This document shows, in pieces, positions 1 through 9,430 of a stretch of DNA of 46,780 bases. This DNA comes from a virus. Lineage: Duplodnaviria > Caudoviricetes. Within the stretch, counting starts at the first letter, position 1, and each line of letters starts with the position of its first letter. The stretch spans positions 1-46,780 of IMG/VR virus record IMGVR_UViG_3300022173_000087. One strand, given 5' to 3'. A program made the position numbers and the translations under genes. The notes beneath the pieces are model-generated. The model had not been told where the DNA came from, searched no databases, and was given only the letters and a program-made list of their open reading frames with translations.

Positions 1-1
1 G

Positions 2-3000
2 GATCATCGCTGAAGCCGAACGCTGAATCGAGCGATCAATATCGCCACGATCATTAGCCAGCATGGCATACGCTTGACGCTCTGCCCCCGTGAGATCGTT
101 TAACCTTTTGCCGCTCACGCCCTCTATCGTCATGCCCTTATGGCGCAGCGCCAAAGCCTCGCGATACGATTTCGCAACGCCCTCATTCTCCGCAAAATAC
201 AGCCCATGCCCGTAGCTCTGCGCGCCCTCGCCGGTCCCGATCTTGCTCAGATCGAACTTGTCGAAGTCGTGCGGCGATCCGTGATAGGCGCGGATGCCGC
301 CTTCGTCGGCGTTGTTCGCTGCGACGACGCCCGTTCCCGTCTTGCGATCAGTGAAATTCGAGAAGTAGTCGGCGTCACTGCGATTGAACAACTGTTGCAG
401 CGGCGTTCCTTGCGGTTCGGCTGTCACGTACCGCTCGGGGTAAACTGCGCGCCGATAGTCCTCAACCGCATCGTCCCGCGAGGACCGCCATGACGCGGTG
501 TTCTCAGCAACCGCCCGGCCCCATGTCCCTTCTGCCGGATCGCCGCCGCGCGCCCGTTGCTGCGCCGCGCTATCCTTGTAAACCTTTACAGTGCTTCCGC
601 GCCCTTCGTTGCGCGCGTCTAGTGCCAGTTGCTTAAGAACATCCTGGTTCTCAATCATCCCGTAACGGCTCGTGCGCCTTGCACCGCTGCCTAGTGCGCT
701 GATCGGAACACCGCCAGTTATCGCTGGCGTGCCAACCAGGTTCATTCCGGTTTCCGCCGCGAGACCGGCACCGACACGCCGCGGTTCGTAATCAGTGGAG
801 AGCACGGGAGCCTGTCCTGTTTGCTCCGCAGCGATATCCCGCGCGGCATCCACCATGCCAGCACCGGCCCCCACCATGGACATCGGGATGCGGCCCACCG
901 CATCAAGACCGCGCGTCGCAAGCCCTTCCTCGCGTCCGCCTTCCGGTTTGGCTGCACTGCGAACGCGGAGCGCCGCCGCTTCATGCGGGCTCAGGCCCCC
1001 ATCGGAAACCCAAGAAAGGTCCGGGGCTTCGTCTTGAACGCGACCGCCGGTCCACATCTGCTTCACCGGCTTCGTGGTATCGCCATCGTCGAGCCACGTC
1101 CGGAATTGCTCCGGAGACATCTCCGCGATGTGCCCGAGGCGCTTGTCGGCTTTCCCGTCGTTGAAGCATTTGCGATAGATCGCGATCACCTGCGCTTTGG
1201 AAGCGAAGCCGACGAATGCCTTGTGTTCGTCGAATTTTCCAGTGTCCGCGTCTTTCTGATCGACGACGAAGACCTTCGGCGCGTTCGGAGCGGGGCCGAC
1301 ATATACATCGACGTGATCCTCGTCGGAGCCCTCCGTGCCTTTGATGTAGCCGTAGTGAGCCGGCATCCTCACGGCCCACGGCTTGCCGTCCTTGTCCACA
1401 CCGCGGCGGTATTTTCCCTTGGCGTTCTCGACGGTTATGTCGAGCCCTTGAATGCGGACGTGATCTTTCGCATAGTTCCCGGCCTGCTTTTGGCCATCCG
1501 TGGGGGAATGGTTGATATTCGACGGGACCACGCGACCCCCATGCGCAAAGCCCTTCTGACCGCCTTCCTCGCCGCCGCTATTTTCCTGTGCTGGTGGCCC
1601 TGGAATCTTCTGCTCGTCTGTGTCGGCGCTCGATGCCACGGGGCTTTGAAGCCGCTGGCCAATCGTCTCCATGTGCCGAAGTGAGCGGTCCACGGCGTTG
1701 TAGGCCGACGACAGCGATTTGACGGTCCCGGGTGTCTGACGCTTCAGCGCACGCGCCTGCGCGTCCTGCCATTTCTTGACCTGATCGGCCAGGATCGGCA
1801 TCTGCTTTTCGATCTGCTTGGCTTCCCGACTTGCCGCGCGGCCCTGGCGGACCATCGTGGCCACTGCGCCGATGGCTTCGCCGCCGAACGGGATTCCAGC
1901 CGCGGCGCCGGCCGCGTGACCGATCATCGCGCCGAGCCCCCATTCCGCCACGGAACGGATGCGCTGCATGAACGGAGCGTTGTTCGACCATTGGCCGGAC
2001 GCCTGCGGAACGGTGATTTGCCGCATCAAATCGGCGTAGGACTGCATCGCCGCGCGCGAACCTTGCTCGTACATCAGTGGCGCCATCGGCGTGCCAAGAA
2101 ACTTCTCAATGCGGTCCGCGGAGCGCAGCGGCGTGCCTTCCTTGAGGGCGTCCCATTGGCCCTGCCTGATCGCGCTCCACTCCATCGATGTCTCGCCGAG
2201 CACTTCGCGCAGCCTGCGGGCCACGCCCAACTTCTCGGTCGTGATCTTGCCGCCATCGCCCCCGATAAACGCCGCCACCTCCGAACCGATGGCCGGCGCG
2301 TTTGTTTCGTTACCGATGATCTTCTCGATCTTGCCGCCGACCGGATCGTTTTTGCCCTTCTTGAACATCGATCGGTATTCGGAATGGGCGGCGCGCGCGG
2401 CGTTCCAGGCATCGACTGCCCGCGGATCGCCGCGGAACAAGCCGCCGTTAATGGCCCCGTCCACCGCGTTGTCGAATTCCTTGAGCACCGCGCTGATGGC
2501 GCGCCCGTCCGGCGCATTGCCGCTCGAATATGCATCCTTGCGCATGGCGACGAGGTTCTTGCGCCACTGATCGATGCCGTTCAGCGAAACACCGACGATG
2601 TTTTCCGGGTTGGGCTGCCCGAACGGATCGGCCTTGTTGGGGATGTCGAGGTTGGCGACGCGCTCGCTGATGTAATCGAGCGCCTTCGACGCGCGGGGCG
2701 TCAATTCGTCGATGATGATCGGCTCGGGGCGATTGGACAGTTCCCATTTGATTTTCGGCGCGATGCCTTCGAACGCAGCCGCATGAACTTCGCCGGGGAG
2801 GGCGCGCGCAGTCTCATAGGCCGTGTCGACTCCGGTCTTGGCCGCCTTCGCGTTCGCACGCAGTGCCTGCGAAACCATCTCGCCGGCCTCCTGCGGCGTA
2901 TCTGCAACACGCAAACCCAGCGGGTCCATGTCGCGGGCAATCTTGTCTTGCGCGGCATCGATCTGCTGCACGCGCTGCTCCGCAAACTCTTTCGCGTGCG

Positions 3001-3577
3001 TATGCGCTGCTGGATTGGACTGGTCCCGCAACGCAGCCTGCTCCTTCTTCCGGAGGGGCAGGCTCCCGGTCATCTCGCCTTCGGACAGCACGACGCCGAG
3101 AGGACCGTTCGCAGTGGGGCGCGGGGCAGCGGGGAGGCTGACACGACCGGGCTTCGTCGCGCCGAGCGCGGTTTCGACGCCTGGCGCCAGCCGATCATAC
3201 GTCTCTTGCGGGACATCCGTGGCGGCGACCTTCGGATTGATCCACTTACCGATCTGGTGGGACACGGCACCGAGCGCCGGTGTCACCAACGCAGCAGCTT
3301 GGCGGATGGGCGCGGTCGGAATTTCCGCAATCGCTGCGCCCGTGTTCAGCAGGCTCTCCACCGCGCCCTGCTTGGAACGCGCCTCCGGACCGAAGCCCCG
3401 CGCGAGAACTTCAGCGGTCGTTCCGGCAGCCTTGGCCATTTGCGATGGGATCGCTGTGGCAGCACCTGACCACCATGACGCATCGTCTCCCGCCGCCGGC
3501 TTCTGAGCGGGCTGCGCCAGATATTCGTCCGGGTTGAACGTGCTGAGATAGGCGTCGGGATCGAATTCGTCGGCCAT
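2..3577 (-). CDS. Giant polyvalent/ejection-type virion protein, >=1192 aa, 3' end off window; InPase-like (~1060-1500) and ART-PolyVal-like (from ~289) domains
   Basis: Hand translation. ATG at 3577 directly follows the TAG of the upstream gene and no stop was found to base 2. MADEFDPDAYLSTFNPDEYL...; GNYAKDHVRIQGLDITVENAKG...HYGYIKGTEGSDEDHVDVYVG...FDEHKAFVGF; AYHGSPHDFDKFDLSKIGTGEGAQSYGHGLYFAEN. Confidence 0.85.
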   Translation of the reverse strand, partial: MADEFDPDAYLSTFNPDEYLAQPAQKPAAGDDASWWSGAATAIPSQMAKAAGTTAEVLARGFGPEARSKQGAVESLLNTGAAIAEIPTAPIRQAAALVTPALGAVSHQIGKWINPKVAATDVPQETYDRLAPGVETALGATKPGRVSLPAAPRPTANGPLGVVLSEGEMTGSLPLRKKEQAALRDQSNPAAHTHAKEFAEQRVQQIDAAQDKIARDMDPLGLRVADTPQEAGEMVSQALRANAKAAKTGVDTAYETARALPGEVHAAAFEGIAPKIKWELSNRPEPIIIDELTPRASKALDYISERVANLDIPNKADPFGQPNPENIVGVSLNGIDQWRKNLVAMRKDAYSSGNAPDGRAISAVLKEFDNAVDGAINGGLFRGDPRAVDAWNAARAAHSEYRSMFKKGKNDPVGGKIEKIIGNETNAPAIGSEVAAFIGGDGGKITTEKLGVARRLREVLGETSMEWSAIRQGQWDALKEGTPLRSADRIEKFLGTPMAPLMYEQGSRAAMQSYADLMRQITVPQASGQWSNNAPFMQRIRSVAEWGLGAMIGHAAGAAAGIPFGGEAIGAVATMVRQGRAASREAKQIEKQMPILADQVKKWQDAQARALKRQTPGTVKSLSSAYNAVDRSLRHMETIGQRLQSPVASSADTDEQKIPGPPAQENSGGEEGGQKGFAHGGRVVPSNINHSPTDGQKQAGNYAKDHVRIQGLDITVENAKGKYRRGVDKDGKPWAVRMPAHYGYIKGTEGSDEDHVDVYVGPAPNAPKVFVVDQKDADTGKFDEHKAFVGFASKAQVIAIYRKCFNDGKADKRLGHIAEMSPEQFRTWLDDGDTTKPVKQMWTGGRVQDEAPDLSWVSDGGLSPHEAAALRVRSAAKPEGGREEGLATRGLDAVGRIPMSMVGAGAGMVDAARDIAAEQTGQAPVLSTDYEPRRVGAGLAAETGMNLVGTPAITGGVPISALGSGARRTSRYGMIENQDVLKQLALDARNEGRGSTVKVYKDSAAQQRARGGDPAEGTWGRAVAENTASWRSSRDDAVEDYRRAVYPERYVTAEPQGTPLQQLFNRSDADYFSNFTDRKTGTGVVAANNADEGGIRAYHGSPHDFDKFDLSKIGTGEGAQSYGHGLYFAENEGVAKSYREALALRHKGMTIEGVSGKRLNDLTGAERQAYAMLANDRGDIDRSIQRSASAMI

Positions 3578-6500
3578 CTAGTCCATCCCGTGCTTTTTGA
3601 GGATGGCCTTGGCGCGCGCATCGTCCTTATTTTTCTTTGCCCATTCGATGGCCTGCTTGTCCTGCGCGTTCAACTCCTTCGCCTCGACCTTTTTCTCGTC
3701 GGTCGATGCGTCGCGAAGCTTGTCGAAGATGTCGCGGAACTTCTTGTCGATCAGGTCGGACGGCTGTCGCGACGTCATCATGCCGTTGTTGTATTGCGAG
3801 GCGAGCGCTTCCAGACGGCTATCGACCTGACGAACGAGCTGCTTCACTGCCGCCATCTGCGCCGTCTTGGAATGGCTGACGTCGAACAGTTGCTCCCAAT
3901 GCTGACGGTCGGCGAGTGCGGACTGAGAACCGGCGAACACCTTGGCGGCTTCGTCGGCCACCACCTTGGCCTGCAGTTCGTATTTCTTGATCTTCTCCTG
4001 GTACTCCGGAGAAATGCCGGTCTCGCGGCCAGCCATCTGCTTGGCGCGGTTCCACATCGGGACTCCGCTGTTGTCGAGCTCATTGGCGAGTTTGTGCAAA
4101 TCCTCCAAGTGGCCGGCGAGAGTCTTCGTGGCGGTCAGATTGCGACCCGCCACGCCATTCTTGAATTCGTTCGCGGTGCGCTGGCGCGAAGCGAACACGG
4201 TCTGGTCATAGGCCGGGTTGTAGGCCGAGACCTTGTCCATGATCATTCGGTTGTAAACGTCGTTCCGCCCGCGCAATGCCATCGCTGGCATGCGGCCTTC
4301 CGCTACGGCTTTGACCCGGTTCGCTGTTGCCGCGTCGAGCCCTTCCAGCGCCGTTTCGTTGAAGGCTACCGCGATCGGGTCATCCAAGCCGAGGCGTCCG
4401 GACACCGGCTGCGCGCCGGGAGGGAGCGTCGTGTCACCCGTCATGGGAATGTTTGGATCGACGCCGGGTGTTGCGGGCGGCGGAGCGCCAGGTGCGACGG
4501 GAGGCATGGCTGCAGGTGCCTCGACAGGGCGCCCCGTGACCGGATCGAGCGGGATGATGTTGCCGTCCTTGCTGCGGATGCCGAAGACATCGCGGCCCAT
4601 CTGATCCATGCCGATCTTGAATGGCCTGGACGCTTCAAGGGTTTCCTTCTGACGACTATGGCGCCGCTGCTCCTCCAGCCTGGACTCCTGCAGGTCGAGT
4701 TTCGACTGGGCGAGACGCGCCTGTTCTTCAAGACGCCGCGAACCACGCGCGTCCTTGTACGCCTTGAGTCCGGTCAGACCGCCTTCGCCAATGCCGACGC
4801 CGAGATACGGCGAGCGAGACGACATCATGCCGAGTCCGGCGGCGATCATGCCAAGCCGCGCCTCCTCGGACATGTTGAGGAAGCCCGCGCGCGGAGCGAC
4901 GCCTGACGGCACCGGTCCTTGCGCAAGTTGGGCGTTTTGCGGCAGCGCGTCATCGCCAGCGCCAACGCCTGCAACAACATCCGGCGCCGGAGCCTCGGGA
5001 GGAAGCGAAGCAACCGGCGCCGGAGTTACCGACGAGCCGCCGGCAACCGTGTTCTGCGGACCCAGACCGGCCGCAGTGTTGAACTTGTTCTCGTATGAAG
5101 CGACGCTGGTCCCGAGGATGTCCTTGCGGTTCGGATCGTTCATGCCGCCTTCGCCCGCGAACCATGCGCGCGCTGCGCCGCTCGGGCCGTACTTGTCCTT
5201 GTAGGTTCCGAACTTGGCTTGGAAGACCTGATCCTGCGCTTTTGGATCGGCCAGGAATTCCGGCGCGGTCATGGCTCGGCCCAAAACGGCCAGCGTCCAT
5301 TCCGGGATGTTCGCGCCCATGACCTGGTACTTGCCGTAGGCGCGGTCGCCGGTGCGGGTCTGCGGGCCAACCTCGGAGTAGTCGTTGCTGCTTTCCATGT
5401 TGGCGATGGCTCTGGTGTAGCGGTCCATCGGGGGCGACGCGGCGGGAGCAGCAGGCGCGGGAGCAAACCCCGCTGTCGGGGGCCGGGGCGGCGGCAGCGG
5501 GATGTTCTCCTGCGGAAGCGCCGCGAACCGATCGGCAAACATGTCGACGGGCAATTCCGGGCCTTCCGGCACAAAGCCACCACCAACGCCGGAGAGCGTC
5601 GGCACGCCGCCGTCGGCAAAGCCCGGCGCGTAAAGCGGGTAGGTTATCTTATCGTAGAGCGGATTCCGCGAACTGCGCCCGCGCGCCATCATCTCGCGAT
5701 ATTTATCGCCTTCAAAAATCGATCGCGCGACCGCGAGTGCGTGATCTTTCACCGAGTAGGGACCCGGCACCTCGAATTCCGTGACCGACGGGCGATAGCT
5801 TTCGCGCGGGCCGTAAATCGTCCGCCAGTCATTAGCGACTCCAGAGACCGGCGCAGACGGAGGCGGTGGATAGCCCTCGACAAGCGGAAGATCGGGCTTG
5901 CCGGGCGGCTTCGGATAACCTGTCTCACTCCATCCCGGACGAGATCGCGGAAGTGGAACCGCTCCGCCGTCAGCATAAGGCCCGGCCCACGCTCCTGCGG
6001 AATAGAAATCAGGACTCTCCGGACCCACGGCATAGTTGGAGTTGGTGATGTCCTGCGCCGGCGCGTAGTTCTCAAGCGGTGCGGGCACGCCCGAGAAGAA
6101 ATCGCTCCCCTTGTCCCATAGGTTTTTGATCCCGCCGGCGACGCCTGCCATTTGTCCCGAGGACATGGCATTGTCCTGCTGCTTTGGCGCGTCCATGAAT
6201 TTCATGTCATGGCTCTTGGGGTCGAAAAACTTCAAATTCGACCGCCAGTCGGTGGCTTGCGGCGCGGCAACGCCGGGCAGCGATGTCATCACGGACGGCA
6301 TCGGCATGATCGGGGAGCCGCCGGCGGCAAAGCCCGCAACCGCGCCACCGCGCCAGCGCTTCACTGAATCGTCGGTCGCAGCCTTGTAGTCGACCATCCG
6401 CATGTTGCCGACGCCGCGCGTGACGGCCTCCGGATGATCGCGCTCAACCTCCTGAGCGATCAGGCCGATTTCCCACTTGGGGCTGCCCTTGAAGCGATAC

Positions 6501-7456
6501 CGATAGATCGCCTGACCATCGGTCAGCTCGCCAACCTTTTGGACATCCTCTTTCAGTCGCTTGTCGGAAAACGCGCCAAGCCCAGCGATGCCCAGTCCTA
6601 GAATCTGACTCCACGGATTGGGTGCGGCCGGCGTGGTCGCGGAGTTGCCGGAACTGGTGCCAGAGCTCGTTCCATAGCTCGTGCCCGAGCCGCCCATCTG
6701 CGAGCCGACGCCGGTCGCGATCTGCGACATCGATCCATACTGCCCATAGGGCAGGAGCCAGTTCTGCAGCGCAGCGGTATCCTGCGCTTGCTGGGTCTGC
6801 TGCATGAGCGTGCCGACGCCAACCTGCGCCTGGGCACCCTGCAGACCGGCTTGCTGTCCCTGCAGCGCGAGCCCGCCGTAGAGTTGCGCCGCCTGCATCG
6901 GGTTCTGCTGGAATTGCTGGTTCGCCACACCAAGGCCCGACTGATACGCCTTATCGTAGATGCCAGCTATGATCGGAGCGTTCTTGGTGTTCTGGTCGGT
7001 CAGATAGTTCGATTGCGCGATGCCGACGCGGTTTCCGCCGAGCGCGTTCTGCGCTGCGGCGTTGCCGGTCAGGGCGGAGAGACCCTGCTGGTTTTGCAGA
7101 TTCATCGCAGCCATGGTCGTGTCGACCACGTTCTGCGTGTAAGGGCTCATGTACTGCTGGATTTGCGCTGCAGAGAGCGGCTGGGATGCGCCTTGCACAG
7201 CACCCATCGCATTTGCGATGCCGGGCTGCGCTGCGCCTGCGTACTGGTTGACGTTGCCAACGCCCGCCATCTGCTGGGCGTTGATCGGGGCGGTCAGTTC
7301 GCCCTGATAGGACCCGGTCGGAAGATTCGACAGGCCGGCAAGGATTTCATTATAGCGGGAAAGCGCCGCTTCGTTCGGGGTGTAGCTAGTCGACTGCTGC
7401 TGATTCTGCTGGGTCTGCTGCTGCGTCTGCTGAGTCTGGCTGCCCTTGCTGCCCAT
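3578..7456 (-). CDS. DNA-transfer/ejection protein with internal peptidase S74 chaperone domain and lysozyme-like (lytic transglycosylase) domain
   Basis: 1292 aa; Gln/Gly-rich N-terminus; FSDKRLKEDV...YRYRFKG...GLIAQEVE...VDY (S74); AIANMESS...AYGKYQVM...AARAWFAG (SLT-like). Confidence 0.8.
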   Translation of the reverse strand: MGSKGSQTQQTQQQTQQNQQQSTSYTPNEAALSRYNEILAGLSNLPTGSYQGELTAPINAQQMAGVGNVNQYAGAAQPGIANAMGAVQGASQPLSAAQIQQYMSPYTQNVVDTTMAAMNLQNQQGLSALTGNAAAQNALGGNRVGIAQSNYLTDQNTKNAPIIAGIYDKAYQSGLGVANQQFQQNPMQAAQLYGGLALQGQQAGLQGAQAQVGVGTLMQQTQQAQDTAALQNWLLPYGQYGSMSQIATGVGSQMGGSGTSYGTSSGTSSGNSATTPAAPNPWSQILGLGIAGLGAFSDKRLKEDVQKVGELTDGQAIYRYRFKGSPKWEIGLIAQEVERDHPEAVTRGVGNMRMVDYKAATDDSVKRWRGGAVAGFAAGGSPIMPMPSVMTSLPGVAAPQATDWRSNLKFFDPKSHDMKFMDAPKQQDNAMSSGQMAGVAGGIKNLWDKGSDFFSGVPAPLENYAPAQDITNSNYAVGPESPDFYSAGAWAGPYADGGAVPLPRSRPGWSETGYPKPPGKPDLPLVEGYPPPPSAPVSGVANDWRTIYGPRESYRPSVTEFEVPGPYSVKDHALAVARSIFEGDKYREMMARGRSSRNPLYDKITYPLYAPGFADGGVPTLSGVGGGFVPEGPELPVDMFADRFAALPQENIPLPPPRPPTAGFAPAPAAPAASPPMDRYTRAIANMESSNDYSEVGPQTRTGDRAYGKYQVMGANIPEWTLAVLGRAMTAPEFLADPKAQDQVFQAKFGTYKDKYGPSGAARAWFAGEGGMNDPNRKDILGTSVASYENKFNTAAGLGPQNTVAGGSSVTPAPVASLPPEAPAPDVVAGVGAGDDALPQNAQLAQGPVPSGVAPRAGFLNMSEEARLGMIAAGLGMMSSRSPYLGVGIGEGGLTGLKAYKDARGSRRLEEQARLAQSKLDLQESRLEEQRRHSRQKETLEASRPFKIGMDQMGRDVFGIRSKDGNIIPLDPVTGRPVEAPAAMPPVAPGAPPPATPGVDPNIPMTGDTTLPPGAQPVSGRLGLDDPIAVAFNETALEGLDAATANRVKAVAEGRMPAMALRGRNDVYNRMIMDKVSAYNPAYDQTVFASRQRTANEFKNGVAGRNLTATKTLAGHLEDLHKLANELDNSGVPMWNRAKQMAGRETGISPEYQEKIKKYELQAKVVADEAAKVFAGSQSALADRQHWEQLFDVSHSKTAQMAAVKQLVRQVDSRLEALASQYNNGMMTSRQPSDLIDKKFRDIFDKLRDASTDEKKVEAKELNAQDKQAIEWAKKNKDDARAKAILKKHGMD

Positions 7457-7467
7457 CCATCATGGCT

Positions 7468-7992
7468 TCACCCGGCGGCCTGCCGTGCTGGTGACACTGC
7501 CTGCGTGGCAGGGGTTGGCGTCGGGACGGTTCCCGTACGAGGCGCGTTATACACGAAGAACGCTCCGGACGCAGTACCCAATTGGCGCTGGTACAACTGG
7601 ACCTTGGCCTTCGTCCGGTCGTTGGAGATGATGCCGATCACGGCGGGGATGCCCAGATCGTCCGAGCATCGTTTGGCGAAGTTGATCAATTCCTTGGCGT
7701 TGTTCGATTTGCGGTACTGCGGGCGCACGTAGGAAAACAGTTCCTCGAGGTGCCATTCTTCCGAGTACCAGAATCCTCCGATCAGAAGATAGATCGAGCC
7801 TTCGATCTTGCCGCGCTCGCCGATCACGCCGATCACGGCACCGTTTCGAGAGAAGGCGCGCCGCAGGTAGGCCCGCACCTTGTCCTCCGCCATCGGGAAT
7901 AGGCCATTCTCGCGGTGCAATTCCATGCACATGGCCATCAATTCTGGCTCGTCGCGAATGTCGGCCTTTCTGACAAACGGGGCCGTGGTCAA
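7468..7992 (-). CDS. GNAT-fold acetyltransferase-like protein of the virion module
   Basis: TTG start overlapping the upstream TGA, with GGAGGG SD; ELFSYVRPQYRKSNNAKELINFAK resembles GNAT motif A. Confidence 0.7.
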   Translation of the reverse strand: MTTAPFVRKADIRDEPELMAMCMELHRENGLFPMAEDKVRAYLRRAFSRNGAVIGVIGERGKIEGSIYLLIGGFWYSEEWHLEELFSYVRPQYRKSNNAKELINFAKRCSDDLGIPAVIGIISNDRTKAKVQLYQRQLGTASGAFFVYNAPRTGTVPTPTPATQAVSPARQAAG

Positions 7993-8300
7993 TTCGAAGG
8001 CCCTCCGGATGGAGCCGCGCTCGTCTTCAGGAACCGGTCCAGTTGGTCCCACAGGCGCTGGGCGCAGTACATGTCCATCCGCAGACGGGACGTGATCTTC
8101 AGGTCCACGTCGACCTCTTTCGACTCCCCGTCGCGCGGTGTCCAGTTTGCAGTGACGAAGGTGAGATTGACGACGCCGTTCAGATATCCCGCCGCCGCAA
8201 GATCGCTGACGAACACCACCGGTGTGTTGTCTGGATCCGTGATGGTCAGACGCTTTTCTTCCTCTGCCAAGTATTCCTCCTCCGGAATGTTGACGGTCAC
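7989..8300 (-). CDS. Hypothetical protein (103 aa)
   Basis: Operon-packed ORF with protein-like composition. Confidence 0.65.
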   Translation of the reverse strand: MTVNIPEEEYLAEEEKRLTITDPDNTPVVFVSDLAAAGYLNGVVNLTFVTANWTPRDGESKEVDVDLKITSRLRMDMYCAQRLWDQLDRFLKTSAAPSGGPSN

Positions 8301-8307
8301 GGCAATA

Positions 8308-8979
8308 TCAGTCTTTCGCCGGGGGCGCTAACCCCTGCAGGGTTTTGATATGGCTTTTCCGCCGACTTATGACCCATTCGTCGAGGTTCTTGTGACCGCG
8401 ATCGATGTTTCCATCGCCAACGGCCATGACATCCTTGGGATGAATCACGAATTCGCCGCCCGCGATGATGATGGGGATGCGCTCCCCGCGCGATCCTTCG
8501 ACGGCATATCCGCCATCGGCGCGCCGCTTGGCGCCGGAAGCGCCCCCGCCATTGCCATCCGCCGGTTGCGCCGAATTCGGAAACATCTCGGTGAGCAATT
8601 TCAGGCCGGCCAGCGTGTTGTCCTCGCCGAGCGAAGCCACATGCGAACTGGGCAGCACGTAGCTTCCGGCCAGAACGCTGACCGGGTGCCGATCCGTGCG
8701 CCCCGGCACCGTGGAGATCACAGGGCCGATCAGCGCATCGCCTTGCGATGAAGCGTCTGGTTCCGGCGCGCCGCCGGGGGCAAAGCCCGCCAGTTTGCGG
8801 TCTGTGCGCTGGGTCTTCATGGCGCGCGGAATCTTGTTTAGCCGCGGCATTTTTGTCATCTGGGGGGCCCTCTTCGACCCCGGGGCAAGGCTCGTCACCG
8901 GGCCCATGCTGGTGCCCATCGGGCCCTGCTTGAACAGTTTGCTATCGACCTTGAAGCCCTTGAGAATATCGTCCGGCAT
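8308..8979 (-). CDS. Virion-associated protein with two AxGG...G(S/E)(Y/F)V units
   Basis: GFAPGG...VPGRTDRHPVSVLAGSYVLPSSHVASLG and RADGG...IPIIIAGGEFVIHPKDVMAVGDG. Confidence 0.7.
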   Translation of the reverse strand: MPDDILKGFKVDSKLFKQGPMGTSMGPVTSLAPGSKRAPQMTKMPRLNKIPRAMKTQRTDRKLAGFAPGGAPEPDASSQGDALIGPVISTVPGRTDRHPVSVLAGSYVLPSSHVASLGEDNTLAGLKLLTEMFPNSAQPADGNGGGASGAKRRADGGYAVEGSRGERIPIIIAGGEFVIHPKDVMAVGDGNIDRGHKNLDEWVISRRKSHIKTLQGLAPPAKD

Positions 8980-8992
8980 GGCAGGGGCTTCC

Positions 8993-9430
8993 CTAGAAGA
9001 ACTCGATGATTGTCAGAGGATTTGCGCTGCCGGTGGCGGCGAACGCAGACCACCCGGCGTTCAGGTTTGGGAACAGGGAAGGGCTGAGCACAACCGAGGC
9101 CGTCGTGGCAATGAGAAGCGCCCCACCTAGCGCCGCGGTCGTCGGCGTCGTCGTGATGGGAGTGGGGAAAACATAGATGTTCGCAGCCGTTCCCGGATTA
9201 TGAAAGATCAGGCCGTGCCGGATGCTGCTGGTCGAAAGTACCGCCGTTGCGGTGGTGCCGATGTTGTTGAAGCCCAAAGACCTGGGCGAGGCGGTCGTAG
9301 TTGCGGCGGGATAGGCATTGGCGATCGATTGCGCGTAAACGCCGATCTGCCGCGCGACGTTCTGCAGGACGGAAACGCCTTCCTGCGGTGCTCCGGTGGG
9401 TCCTGCCGTATTGTTGTAGGGGTCTGACAT
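8993..9430 (-). CDS. Hypothetical structural protein (145 aa)
   Basis: TGATG coupling to the upstream tail gene; beta-rich Thr/Ala composition. Confidence 0.65.
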   Translation of the reverse strand: MSDPYNNTAGPTGAPQEGVSVLQNVARQIGVYAQSIANAYPAATTTASPRSLGFNNIGTTATAVLSTSSIRHGLIFHNPGTAANIYVFPTPITTTPTTAALGGALLIATTASVVLSPSLFPNLNAGWSAFAATGSANPLTIIEFF

